Assembly: GCA_043826455.1 (NCBI GenBank)
Contig: JBDRQD010000048.1
Span: forward strand, 160,001-224,000
Direction: 5' to 3'
DNA: 64,000 bases
Source: Candidatus Bathyarchaeota archaeon
GTDB taxonomy: Archaea > Thermoproteota > Bathyarchaeia > TCS64
Position numbers and translations under genes: made by a program. Of the stretch, positions 27,984 through 37,918 are shown one piece after another. Positions within the stretch are counted from its first letter, which is position 1. Every line of letters starts with the position of its first letter. The notes under the pieces are model-generated. The model did not search any database, was not told the DNA's origin, and worked only from the letters and a program-made list of their open reading frames with translations.

Positions 27984-28456
27984 ACCTCACCACCTTCCTG
28001 CTCGCCGTATACACATATCTGCCGGCCTACGTGGCCAACGCCAGCCCCGTGGTCCTGGGCGGCGGGGCACCCCTGGACGGTGGCCGCCTCTGGAGGGACG
28101 GCAAGCCCCTGCTGGGCGACCACAAGACGGTGAGAGGCGCCGCCATGGGCTTCCTGGTGGGCCTCGTAGTCGGGGTGGCTCAGGGCAACCCGGTGGGCGG
28201 AGCCCTCCAGGCCCTGGGGGCCATAGTGGGCGACCTGTTTGGCAGCTTCTTCAAGAGGCGGGTGAGCATCAAGCCGGGGGACAGTCTGCTGTTCTCGGAT
28301 CAGCTGGACTTCATAGTGCTGGCTGTGGCACTCAGCTACCCGGTCCAGCGGACCCCGTGGGACCAGGTGGCCGCGATCCTGTTAATCACCCTGCCCCTCC
28401 ACTACCTTGTGAACGTGGTGGCCTGGGCCCTTAAGCTGAAGAAGAACCCCTGGTAG
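27980..28456 (+). CDS. carS: CDP-archaeol synthase
   Basis: PAYVANASP, LGDHKT.RG, GDL.GSFFKRR, DQLDF and LKKNPW motifs. Confidence 0.95.
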   Translation: MNLTTFLLAVYTYLPAYVANASPVVLGGGAPLDGGRLWRDGKPLLGDHKTVRGAAMGFLVGLVVGVAQGNPVGGALQALGAIVGDLFGSFFKRRVSIKPGDSLLFSDQLDFIVLAVALSYPVQRTPWDQVAAILLITLPLHYLVNVVAWALKLKKNPW

Positions 28457-29365
28457 CTATGGGACGGGGTTCCTGGGCCGTTCGCCGGCCGTTATGGTTC
28501 TCCCGCAGTAGTTCAGTACGAACTGGTCCCTGAAGCGGCTCATGAGGGCGGCAGCGGCCTTGAACCCTGTGCAGTGGCAGGGTGAGAGCAGCTGGAGGTT
28601 GAAGCCCTCCAGGGCGTCGGCGGTACGGCTGATGTAGTCGTCCGGCCTGGACACCAGGTGGGTTCCGCCTACGAGGGCGCTGATGTCATTGAAGCCCCCG
28701 AGCATCTGAACATGCTTCAAGGTGTTTACGGGGCCGCTGTGGGCGCAGCCTGTGATGACCCAGGGGCCTTGGCCCTCCACCTCGGCCCAGAGGGCCATGT
28801 CGCATAGGATCAGGTCGTCGACCTCGGCGCCGTCCACCTCCACCAGCCTCTTGGCGCCTTCTGATGGCGCTGGGATGTCCTCGAAGCCCCCGGACCTGGG
28901 CACCTGCCCCGTGGTCCAGAGCCCCGGCACCACCTCGACGGGTCTCTCGGATAGCCTAACCTCGCCCCCGGCGGCCTCGATATTGTCCACTCCTTGGCCA
29001 TCGGGGACGCCGATCTTGGTTCTCTTCCCCGCCTTGTTCACGTTGACCCTGGGGAGGAAGCAGTGGGGGTGGGCGTAGACGGGGCAGCCCCCCGAGGCCT
29101 CCATGACCTCGACGGTGGCCACAGTATGGTCGCTGTGGCCGTGGCTGAGGACCACGGCGTCCAGGTCGCTGAGGTCAACCTTCAGCTCCTTGATGTTGTG
29201 GAGGAGGGGGTCCCTGTCATTACCGGTGTCCAATAGAACCTTCCGTGGGTATCCTTTACTGTCCTCCAGCTCCAAGAGGAAGCTGAGGCCCCACTGGCCG
29301 TGTAGGCCAGCCCAGTACACCATGTTGTCGGCAAAGGTTGTCAGTTTGAGCGTTTTTATGGTCAT
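28457..29365 (-). CDS. MBL-fold metallo-hydrolase
   Basis: LLDTG, SHGHSDH, TGCAHSG, GGTH and PCHCTG motifs. Confidence 0.9.
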   Translation of the reverse strand: MTIKTLKLTTFADNMVYWAGLHGQWGLSFLLELEDSKGYPRKVLLDTGNDRDPLLHNIKELKVDLSDLDAVVLSHGHSDHTVATVEVMEASGGCPVYAHPHCFLPRVNVNKAGKRTKIGVPDGQGVDNIEAAGGEVRLSERPVEVVPGLWTTGQVPRSGGFEDIPAPSEGAKRLVEVDGAEVDDLILCDMALWAEVEGQGPWVITGCAHSGPVNTLKHVQMLGGFNDISALVGGTHLVSRPDDYISRTADALEGFNLQLLSPCHCTGFKAAAALMSRFRDQFVLNYCGRTITAGERPRNPVP

Positions 29366-29597
29366 GAGTTTAATGGGGGCGGGGAGCCTGATAACATTTC
29401 TATCAGCGTCTCGGTAATCTGGATGAGGATAGGGGAAGTGTCAAGGTTTCACTTACGTGTTTCATGGGAGAAGACATGATCGCCTTAAAATCTACTGATC
29501 GTTTTATTCATGAGACATGTGTCGGGCTGGGAGATGAAGCTACATAATAAGGTACGGTAACAAGAGGTTTCCAAGGGCCTCGGCTCTACTCTACCAG

Positions 29598-30416
29598 TTG
29601 AACGCCGCTCTGAGTTCCCCCTTGAGAGCCTTGAGGAGCCTCACGCCGGACCCGGCTCTTGCCGGCGGAGAGGTCGCGGGCGTCATGTGCGTCTGGGACG
29701 AGCAGCATAATGTGGGGCTCGCGCTGGAGTCCTCCAAGGACTTTGTGGACAGGTATATCGTCGTTGACAAGAACGGTGACACCATCCCCGTGGTGAGGGA
29801 GTACGCGGACAAGTTCGACCTCGACGTGGAGTACCACGTGAAGCCCTCGCTGGGGCTAGCCGAGTCCAGGATGTTCGCCATTGACAGGTCAGGGGCTGAA
29901 TGGGTCCTGGTTCAGGACGGGGATGAGGTATACAGCACCAGCGGTGTGAACGATGTGAGGAACCTGAGGGGGCTCATGGTGTACCCCAACATCATCGTTA
30001 GAAGCAGGAAGAACGTGCTGGTGGTTGACTATCTGCACACCCAGGAGGTCAACAACGGCTACCACAACTTCTTCTTCCACAACAACGGGTGCCTGAAGGC
30101 ATCGAAGGAGAGGGATGTCCCCTACGGCGGGGGGAGGGTCATCAACCTTGAGCCCGTGTACATCTTCAACTTGACGGGGGTTAAGCCGCCGAAGGAGCTA
30201 TTCTACAGGCAGAAGTACTGGAGAGACTACAACCTGGGTGAAGGGTACAGGCAGTTCACCTCCATCGAGGAGTTCGTCAGGGTCGGGATGGGGCTGAGCA
30301 TCACAGATGATATGATAGAGGAGTGGTGCGCGGAGTACCGGGCCAAGGCGATCCCTTACGACGATGAGGTTCAGGGGCCGCTCCCCGACGTCATACTGAG
30401 GCGTCTAAACCGATAG
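29598..30416 (+). CDS. putative GT-A fold (family 2-like) glycosyltransferase
   Basis: CVWDE, IVVD and WVLVQDGDE (DxD) motifs; start uncertain. Confidence 0.65.
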   Translation: MNAALSSPLRALRSLTPDPALAGGEVAGVMCVWDEQHNVGLALESSKDFVDRYIVVDKNGDTIPVVREYADKFDLDVEYHVKPSLGLAESRMFAIDRSGAEWVLVQDGDEVYSTSGVNDVRNLRGLMVYPNIIVRSRKNVLVVDYLHTQEVNNGYHNFFFHNNGCLKASKERDVPYGGGRVINLEPVYIFNLTGVKPPKELFYRQKYWRDYNLGEGYRQFTSIEEFVRVGMGLSITDDMIEEWCAEYRAKAIPYDDEVQGPLPDVILRRLNR

Positions 30417-30594
30417 TAACCGCATAACACTGAAGGAGCAGGGTGATCTTCTTCATCGTTTAGCGTCGTACACTCTTCATGTGCTTTGACGCCTGTTCTA
30501 AAACGTAGAATTATACGCTCCCTCAAACTTATATGGCGCATAGCCGATCTGAATGTGAACGCTCCGAGGGTGACTGGTGTGAGGGAGGCCAGGT

Positions 30595-31167
30595 GTGTTG
30601 AGTAGTGCTAGGCGCAAGATGCTGGCAGCCCAGGAGGACATAGCCAACCTCATCGCCGACCTTGCCAAGCGGAAGGACATGACGGTCTACCAGACGGTGA
30701 ATGACATCCTGGAGCAGGCGCTACGCGTGGAGGGGATGGGCCTTACCCTCAGGCAGGTGGTGGACGAGCGGTGGATGCTGGAGCGGGCCCGGGAGATGGG
30801 GTTCACCTTCACCGTGGAGCAGCTCCTCTACAGGGTCGTGGACGAAGCCTACGAGGAGGATAAGGAGAAGTACGCCGGTATCTGGCGGGAGATAGGCCAC
30901 TGGTACGGCAAGTACTTCCAGGCCAAGCACGAGAACCCCCTGGAGGCCTTCAGGGAGGCCATGGAGCTGTTCTGCTTGGGCAACGCGGATTATAGTCTGG
31001 AGCAGAACAGCCGCGACCTCACGATCAGCTTCATAGGAGAGAAGCTCACACCCGGCTACACTGAGCTGTTCAGTTTGATGGTCGAGGAAACTCTATTAGT
31101 ATTGGGGTACAAGCTGAAGGATAAGGAGCTGCGGAAAGGCATGGTGAAGCTCCACTTGACGAGGTGA
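30595..31167 (+). CDS. hypothetical protein, paralog of the next gene
   Basis: N-terminal RHH-like segment; W...G.WYG.Y motif shared with 31172..31762. Confidence 0.75.
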   Translation: MLSSARRKMLAAQEDIANLIADLAKRKDMTVYQTVNDILEQALRVEGMGLTLRQVVDERWMLERAREMGFTFTVEQLLYRVVDEAYEEDKEKYAGIWREIGHWYGKYFQAKHENPLEAFREAMELFCLGNADYSLEQNSRDLTISFIGEKLTPGYTELFSLMVEETLLVLGYKLKDKELRKGMVKLHLTR

Positions 31168-31171
31168 CCCC

Positions 31172-31762
31172 ATGGTCGAGGAGCTGCTGGACGACACCAA
31201 GTTCATCGTGGTACCCAGACAGTTGGCGGACCAGCTGAGGGTGCTGACGGCTCGCCTCGGGTACAGTGTGACTGATTTCGCTGTGGAGGCGCTTACCCAG
31301 GCCATGAGGGTTCAGGAGCTGGGCTCAGACCTCAAGGACGCCGTGGACATGTACCGCCTCACCGACGTCCAGAGGGGGGCCGGGAACATTCAGGTGACCC
31401 GGACCGTGTTCAAGGAGGTGCTTAAGAGGCTCTACGAGAGTGACGGTGATGAGCTACACAGGCTCTGGCTTGACCACGGTAAATGGTATGGGGCATATCT
31501 GAAGGCTAAGCTGGGTAGGGATCAGGTTCTAGGATTCGTCGAGAAGGATCTGCTTGTCGCCTGGAACCTGGACGAGGCCAAGGTGGTGCAGGAGGACCTT
31601 ATAGTCTCGGTTCGCTGCGTCTCCTTCGGGATGTCGGAGGAGTTCACAGAGCTTATGGTGAGCTACATCCGAGGGGTCATGGAGGAGCTGGGCTTCGCCG
31701 AGAACGAGCGCGATGTTCTCCGGGGCCTGGTGTCCCTGAAATTTCTGGGGAAACTGAAATAA
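31172..31762 (+). CDS. hypothetical protein, paralog of the previous gene
   Basis: FIVVPRQLADQL RHH-like start, W..HGKWYGAY, FTELM...LG shared pattern; GGTGA RBS. Confidence 0.75.
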   Translation: MVEELLDDTKFIVVPRQLADQLRVLTARLGYSVTDFAVEALTQAMRVQELGSDLKDAVDMYRLTDVQRGAGNIQVTRTVFKEVLKRLYESDGDELHRLWLDHGKWYGAYLKAKLGRDQVLGFVEKDLLVAWNLDEAKVVQEDLIVSVRCVSFGMSEEFTELMVSYIRGVMEELGFAENERDVLRGLVSLKFLGKLK

Positions 31763-31790
31763 TTGATTAAAACAATTAAATTCATAACAG

Positions 31791-31808
31791 AAAAAACCAT
31801 GGTTTTTT
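31791..31808. repeat. perfect 18-bp palindrome AAAAAACCATGGTTTTTT (terminator or operator)
   Basis: Read directly; 28 bp after the stop at 31762. Confidence 0.6.
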
Positions 31809-31997
31809 AAATATTTTAGTACTTGGCGTGTTTTTGAACTGTGCTTTTCTCTCTATTTAACTTATGTACGGCATTTTTTAGGTATATATAATTGTGGTTA
31901 GTTTTGTTAACATACACTAATTTTCCTTATTTTTGTCTCATCATTGTATACATAATCGTGTTGCCTGTAGACATACATATAAGTACTATACTCTGGT

Positions 31998-32441
31998 TTG
32001 TGTGTCTTGATCGTTGAGCAAGGTAGCCTACAGGTGTATCCCTTCTACCAGCAGGTCGCCGGTGGAAACCCGATGACGCTTCTAGAGGACGCGCCCTTAG
32101 GCACCTACACTTGGAAGTGGTACGACGACGAAGATGACGTTGTGAGCTCAGGCACCTTCATGGTCGCAGCCGCGACCGAGTCGGTGCTTGGCGCACAGAT
32201 CGAGGACCTAAACGCAGCCGTCACTAACCTGCAGACCGACATAACCACGGTCAGCAGCGAGATGGCAGGCGTCAGGACCCAGATCACCAACGCCATCAAC
32301 GCAGCCAATGCTGCCACAGAGGCCAAGAACGCCGCCAACGGCCTGACGACACTGGTCTACGGCGCCATCGGCGCATCACTAGTAGCAGCACTCGCAGCAA
32401 TCGTAAGCCTAATGCAGATAAGCAGAAGAATCGCGGGCTAA
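31998..32441 (+). pseudogene. C-terminal remnant of a membrane-anchored cell-surface protein
   Basis: Beta-rich fragment, Ala/Thr/Asn coiled coil and C-terminal TM anchor LVYGAIGASLVAALAAIVSL-MQISRR; no signal peptide or convincing start. Confidence 0.55.
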
Positions 32442-32529
32442 ACCCGCAACCTCCATTTTCTTTAATTTTTTAATATTAATAACAGATAATACATAAATTT
32501 CATATATACTTGTAGTAGACATTTCCCAG

Positions 32530-33393
32530 ATGCTGGGGCTCGGCATAGAAAGAAAAGCGTTAACCGCGCTGGACAAGCATGTGTTCCTGAAAAAAGACTT
32601 CAAACCCGAAGAGGCAGTCACAATATTCGGGTCGCACCGCTCAGGAACCACGTGGCTAATGGAGACCCTGTCCCGGGTACCCGGCTACATATCAGTCATG
32701 GAGCCCTTCCAGCCAAAATGGTTCCCAGGTTCAGCAAGATACCAGCCGCGACCCAACCCCAAACAACCAAAAATAACGGAGTACATTAAAAAAACCCTGG
32801 AGGGTAAAGCGAAATGCACCGCATCCAAATATAAACTCAATTTTAAGACTCTTAGAAGAAGATACACCGGAGACAAACTGTTAATCAAATTTGTGCGAGC
32901 AAACACGCTAATAGAACTTGTATTGAAGGAATTCAAGGTACGGACCCCCGTATACATTATCAGAAACCCCTACGCCGTGATAAGCTCACAGTTGAGAACG
33001 GGAATACACCCAGAATTAACATTACTTTACAAGAAACAGAGTACAGACATTGAGACGACATTAACGAAAGTGTGGTATGTCGACCAAAAAGCCCCATTAA
33101 ACATGAACGACAGTAGGCTATATAAAATAAAATACGAGGACATGGTGACTGACCCCATCAAAACGATGACACCCTTACTCAAGAGATTGAGGAAAGAAGA
33201 ACACATACACGACATTCTAGAGACGATACAAAGACCGAGCAGAACAACGGCGAGGCCCAAAGTGAAAGACATAGATGATAAAATACTGAATAGATGGAAG
33301 AACGAATTGAATAAAACACAGATAAAAAATATCACCGACACGTTGGAGCATTTCAACTTCGATTATAACGAAATCCAATTCCAATATCAATAA
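32530..33393 (+). CDS. PAPS-dependent sulfotransferase (AT-rich gene)
   Basis: GSHRSGTTW (5'-PSB), IRNPYAVISS (3'-PB) and IKYEDM motifs. Confidence 0.88.
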   Translation: MLGLGIERKALTALDKHVFLKKDFKPEEAVTIFGSHRSGTTWLMETLSRVPGYISVMEPFQPKWFPGSARYQPRPNPKQPKITEYIKKTLEGKAKCTASKYKLNFKTLRRRYTGDKLLIKFVRANTLIELVLKEFKVRTPVYIIRNPYAVISSQLRTGIHPELTLLYKKQSTDIETTLTKVWYVDQKAPLNMNDSRLYKIKYEDMVTDPIKTMTPLLKRLRKEEHIHDILETIQRPSRTTARPKVKDIDDKILNRWKNELNKTQIKNITDTLEHFNFDYNEIQFQYQ

Positions 33394-33492
33394 AATAAGT
33401 AATTTAGTCTCTCAATTCTCGCCTAAAGTCAATACCTACTCTCAATGCATCCTTTGCCTCAATAAATTTGCAGGTCTGAGAAAACTCCTCTT

Positions 33493-34416
33493 TTATTCTA
33501 AATCGAGGCTGGTGATGTCTAGGTTCAACTCCATGCCCAGAAGAAGATCAATGGCCTCGTAGAGCGTGTGCCTCAGACCCTCAAAGCTTTGGGGCTCAGG
33601 CAAACTCACACCCGTCTCCCCTAAAACCACTTCACGCAACTCCCCCACAACCTGGGAGAAAGCGTCGTCGCCCCCCCAGGGCCCCTCACCCAGCACCTCA
33701 ACTATGCGGCCGTCCCAGGCACGGTAAAGGGCTTCAACCACCAGGTAGCTGACCCGCCTGTTGAACCACCGGGGGCTGTGCCTGGAGGCCGCGCTCACCC
33801 CGCGGTAGAGGGTGTCGAGGGCGTCAGCCACCTCAGCCTTCAGCTCCTCCGGGTGCCTCCTGGACAAGAGGTTCCTCAAACCCTCAAAGCCCAGCCTGGC
33901 CACCGGCGCACTGTTAAGGGACTCCCTCTCAGCCTCTATCCTCTCCACCTGTTCCAAGGTCTCCCTCACCCTGACCCAGTCCACCCTGCCGTGGAGCCCC
34001 TCCAGCAACACGAAGAGGCTCTCAGCCAGCTCCATGTCCAGCTGCAGGTGGTTCAGCTGCGCCTCACGGGTCTCCCTGAACTCCTTCAACACATCGTCGA
34101 GGGCTTCACGCCGCCTCCGGATATCAGCATCCACCAGCACCCGGAGCTCCTCCACCTTCTCCGCCCCCCTGGAAAAGACTGACAGCTCCATCTCCTTCCC
34201 CTCCTGAAGGTAACCTACAGTAAGCTTCGCGGAGCTGGTGTATGGCTTCACACCCGTCTCCACGCGGACCCCCAGCGTCTGGCTCAGCCTGAAACCCGTC
34301 TCCTTCACCAGGCTCTTACCCATGAAACCCTTCTCGTAGCTGAGGGTCACCTCCCCGTCCTCGACCTTGAGGACACACGTCTTGCCGTCCGCCGTCTTCC
34401 CAAGGAGCTCAGGCAT
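33493..34416 (-). CDS. hypothetical protein (beta-rich N-domain, helical C-domain), in tubulin-like cluster
   Basis: 307-aa ORF overlapping the 3' end of 34409..36745 by 8 bp. Confidence 0.75.
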   Translation of the reverse strand: MPELLGKTADGKTCVLKVEDGEVTLSYEKGFMGKSLVKETGFRLSQTLGVRVETGVKPYTSSAKLTVGYLQEGKEMELSVFSRGAEKVEELRVLVDADIRRRREALDDVLKEFRETREAQLNHLQLDMELAESLFVLLEGLHGRVDWVRVRETLEQVERIEAERESLNSAPVARLGFEGLRNLLSRRHPEELKAEVADALDTLYRGVSAASRHSPRWFNRRVSYLVVEALYRAWDGRIVEVLGEGPWGGDDAFSQVVGELREVVLGETGVSLPEPQSFEGLRHTLYEAIDLLLGMELNLDITSLDLE

Positions 34417-36745
34417 CCGGGTTCCTCCTCAGGCTGTCCGTGGTCTCCTCCAGGGTCAGAGGCGAGTAGGTGGTCCTCAGGTACATCTTCAGGTACTCCC
34501 GGCCATACTTCTCGGCCACCCCCAGCTCGTCCATCTTCACCTCCTCCTTCTCGTCCAGTATCCGGGTGATCTTCCTGGCGAACACGGGGTAGTTCAGCAG
34601 CATCTCCCTGCGCTCATTGTAGTACTCAATGGTGTCCACGGCCTCATCGATGTAGCTGAGCACCCGGTACAGGTGGGTGATGATCTCGTCGATCCTGTAC
34701 CGCTCGTAGTTGTTGATGACCTCCAGGCTCTGGTTCATCCGCTCAGTCAGCGTCATGTTCCTGTTCCACTCATAGTCCTCCCGCGGAAGAAGCAGGTTGA
34801 TGTTGAACTCCAGGTCCTGGAGGTGGTAGTAGAGGAGCCCTATGATGCGGCCCACCACGTTCACCGTACTCAGGATGGTGTCCCTTATGAGGATGACCTT
34901 CAGCACCTTCAGGTTCTGGTCCTCCTCCGCGAAGTTCCTCTTGGCCACCTTCCCGGACAGCGCCTGTATAAGCTCGTACTTCTCCCCCAGCAGCGGCATC
35001 AGGCTGCTCTTACGCTTACTCAGCTGGAGGATGGTCTCCACGCTATCGTTTATAGGCCGAGTTGCGCTCATGATCTCCGCCGAGTACTGCTTCTCCCAGT
35101 TCTTCAGGCTTACCAGTATGGCGTCGATGATGACCCAGGGCTCGTCCTCCTCGATCTTCTCCCTGCTGATCTGCAGCGTGGCACTGTCCTTGGGCAGGCT
35201 AGGCTCGAAGAGGCTGCTGATGATCTCGTATATCTTGTCGCTGGTGTCTATCAGCCTCTCCACCAGCACCCGCCCCGAGGCCACAATGTTGTTGACGTGC
35301 TCCACCTTCACCGCCAGAGGGGCGTCGATGTAGAACTCTGGCACCTCGGGGGCCTCCACGTCCAGGCCCAGCTCATCTATCTCCCCCACCGCCTCCAGGT
35401 ACTCGAACTTGATCTTAATGTAATAGTCCCTGAGGGCCACGTCCAGGTGAGTCTCGTAGCTCTTCACCGCCGGCGCCAGCTCGTTGTACACGCGCCTCAT
35501 CCTTGTGTCAACGTCAGCCAGCTCTAGGGCCGTCCCGGTGACGTCCCTGTTAATCTCCCTGATCTCGTCCAGGCTGATGAGCATCTTGGTCTTCAGGTCT
35601 ATGAAGGTCTCAGGCACCGGGTTCCCCAGCCCGTCGACGATGTCCAAGTACTCGTTTATCTTCTCCATGAGGCTGCCCGTCTGCTCCTTGAGCACCCCTA
35701 TCCTCTGGCCCCTCACCTCCCTCATGTCCAGGACGAACTTGCTGAAGGAGACGGGGGCCGAGAACAGTACGGTGAAGGCCGTGGAGCCTATGAGGATGGT
35801 CCTGTCCACGGTGGCCTGGAAGCTGAGGGGAGTCTGTAGAAACTCGATGGCCCCGAAGAAGACCACGTTGGTGATGGCCGCAGCCACGATGGGTAGGAAG
35901 TAGACCAGGATGTCCACGTACTTGCCGGGTATGTTAGGCTCCTTCACAGGGTCTGGTAGTCTCATGTTGATGATGGCTATCACCGATATGAGGCCCGACA
36001 TGATGACAAGGAACAGTACCATCCCGGGGAGGCTGTTCATGTAGGTGGCGAAGGCCAGCCTCTCGCCGTTCAGCACCACGTCCGGGGGTCTTATCCCGGT
36101 GATGGTGTTCAGCACCCGGAGGATGGTCTCTAGGCTGATGGTGGTCAGTGAGCCCTGGATGTCAGTGTAAATAGCATCCAGGGGCGCATAGAGGGGTGGC
36201 AGCACTCCCTCCGTGAAGGTCTTCAGGTACTGCATGATCTGCAGAGGCAGAGACATAAACACGTAGTAGACGAAGGTGTAGGCTATGCCCCGCTCCTTGT
36301 AGATGGTGGCGAACACCAGGATCAATGGTATGGCCAGGTAGAAGGTGGACCTGAAGAAGAGCAGGGAGACGGCGATGATCCCCATGTCCATGGCTATGAT
36401 CTGGAGGTTGTTGTGCATCATCAGGGGACATATTATGAAGGGGGCTATGAGGATGGCCATCAGCACCGTGTTGGTGAGGGGGTCATCTATGAGCTGGAAG
36501 AAGCCTATGCGGGACAGGTGGTAGAAGAGGCCCATGCTGATGAGCAGGCTCCCCAAAATGGGGGCGTAGGGGTTCTCCCTGTACACGGCGTAGGCTATCA
36601 GGAAAGCTATGACTATTGGCAGGGGCTGGGGCAGCAGGGGGATGAATGTGAAGCCCACGGCCAGGCTGACCATGGTGACGGCGAAGGTTACCAGCTTACC
36701 CGTCCGCTCACTGAAGTCCCTGTCCACGAAGAGTCCGAAACTCAT
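34409..36745 (-). CDS. polytopic membrane protein with a ~430-aa helical/coiled-coil C-terminal region
   Basis: ~9-10 hydrophobic segments in the first ~340 aa, then a charged helical region. Confidence 0.85.
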   Translation of the reverse strand: MSFGLFVDRDFSERTGKLVTFAVTMVSLAVGFTFIPLLPQPLPIVIAFLIAYAVYRENPYAPILGSLLISMGLFYHLSRIGFFQLIDDPLTNTVLMAILIAPFIICPLMMHNNLQIIAMDMGIIAVSLLFFRSTFYLAIPLILVFATIYKERGIAYTFVYYVFMSLPLQIMQYLKTFTEGVLPPLYAPLDAIYTDIQGSLTTISLETILRVLNTITGIRPPDVVLNGERLAFATYMNSLPGMVLFLVIMSGLISVIAIINMRLPDPVKEPNIPGKYVDILVYFLPIVAAAITNVVFFGAIEFLQTPLSFQATVDRTILIGSTAFTVLFSAPVSFSKFVLDMREVRGQRIGVLKEQTGSLMEKINEYLDIVDGLGNPVPETFIDLKTKMLISLDEIREINRDVTGTALELADVDTRMRRVYNELAPAVKSYETHLDVALRDYYIKIKFEYLEAVGEIDELGLDVEAPEVPEFYIDAPLAVKVEHVNNIVASGRVLVERLIDTSDKIYEIISSLFEPSLPKDSATLQISREKIEEDEPWVIIDAILVSLKNWEKQYSAEIMSATRPINDSVETILQLSKRKSSLMPLLGEKYELIQALSGKVAKRNFAEEDQNLKVLKVILIRDTILSTVNVVGRIIGLLYYHLQDLEFNINLLLPREDYEWNRNMTLTERMNQSLEVINNYERYRIDEIITHLYRVLSYIDEAVDTIEYYNERREMLLNYPVFARKITRILDEKEEVKMDELGVAEKYGREYLKMYLRTTYSPLTLEETTDSLRRNPDA

Positions 36746-36796
36746 ATCCCCAACCTCTGCACGTTGATATTATATAACCATAGGTGCGGTGTCCCG

Positions 36797-37918
36797 TTGA
36801 GCTTAAGCGAAGCAGACTTAAAACTTCTTGTAGGGCTTAGGAAGCACATAGAAGCCGTCACCCCTGTGCTGCCTGACAGGGCCGTGATCACCGTTGGACA
36901 GTACACCCTGGACGCCCTCCTCGACACCCCCCGCTTCCAGGAGGATGAGCGCCTTGATCTATTCAGGGTCCACCATAAGAAGGATTTGGAGCACAAGACC
37001 CTGTACATTGATCCAGAGTACCAAGTACAGGTCGACACTCTATACGAGCCCCACTACTGGTATGACCTCAGGGAGAACGTGGACGAGGACGAGTTCAAGG
37101 GGACGCTGGCTGACAGGATCTTCGACTACCACAAAGAGATACTCACACTGGTCAACCTCTCGGAGGGCTCGTCCTCAGGCATCTACCCCATGCTCCACGG
37201 GTTCCTCGCAGACAGGGAGAAGAACACCCTGGGCGCCGTCATCTTCCCCTCCATGAGCCACAGCGGCGACGCCCTATTCAACGCCTTCGCCAGCGTCGGC
37301 ATGGTGGCCCTGGACGACTCCACGCCCCTCTTGCTCATAGACCAGGGGAGCCTGGAGGCCTACAGGGGGGTCCACAGGATGGGAGAGGTCCTGAAGGGCA
37401 TCGACGTGGTGGACTACCTGGTGGAGCTGCTGCTGGACAAGGAGGGGTTCATCCGCGACATCTATAAGCTGTCCCGTAACTTCGGCATCAGGTTCTTCGC
37501 GCCCCTCCTGGCCACCGGGTGCAGCCTCACCATATACGAGAGCTTCAGGAACATCCTGAACATAGTCTTGGAGCAGCCCCTCATGGCCATCGACATGTCC
37601 ACAGCCTCCATGATATATGTGCTGGTGAAGGCGCCCACCTACTACAAGGACGAGTTCACCAAGGGCAAGATAGAGTACGAGGTCAGCCAGTGGCTCAAGG
37701 AGAGCCTCGGCGTGGACATCCCCCAGGTCTGCGAGCCCGTCTTCGTGGAGGAGTTCGGGGACCGGGTGGACGTGGTCATCCTGGTGGGGGGCTGGGACAC
37801 ATCTAAGATGTTCAGGGACATATACAGGCGCATCGAGAGGTTCAGCAACATGAACCTGGAGCAGGGCCTCTACGACAGGGAGCTATGGGAAAAGATAATG
37901 AAGAGGCTGATGGGCTAG
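36797..37918 (+). CDS. degenerate FtsZ/tubulin-superfamily protein
   Basis: Probable TTG start at 36797; NLSEGSSSG at the GGGTGSG position, GAVIFP, FNAF, LIDQ, EQPL..IDMSTA..IYVLVKAP and DRVDVVILVGG in FtsZ/CetZ order. Confidence 0.7.
   Translation: MSLSEADLKLLVGLRKHIEAVTPVLPDRAVITVGQYTLDALLDTPRFQEDERLDLFRVHHKKDLEHKTLYIDPEYQVQVDTLYEPHYWYDLRENVDEDEFKGTLADRIFDYHKEILTLVNLSEGSSSGIYPMLHGFLADREKNTLGAVIFPSMSHSGDALFNAFASVGMVALDDSTPLLLIDQGSLEAYRGVHRMGEVLKGIDVVDYLVELLLDKEGFIRDIYKLSRNFGIRFFAPLLATGCSLTIYESFRNILNIVLEQPLMAIDMSTASMIYVLVKAPTYYKDEFTKGKIEYEVSQWLKESLGVDIPQVCEPVFVEEFGDRVDVVILVGGWDTSKMFRDIYRRIERFSNMNLEQGLYDRELWEKIMKRLMG

Noticed and set aside
34367..36796. Long plus-strand ORFs (34367..35527 and the N-terminal part of 36413..37918)
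   Set aside because: Antisense shadows of the 778-aa membrane gene caused by GC3 bias; no motifs
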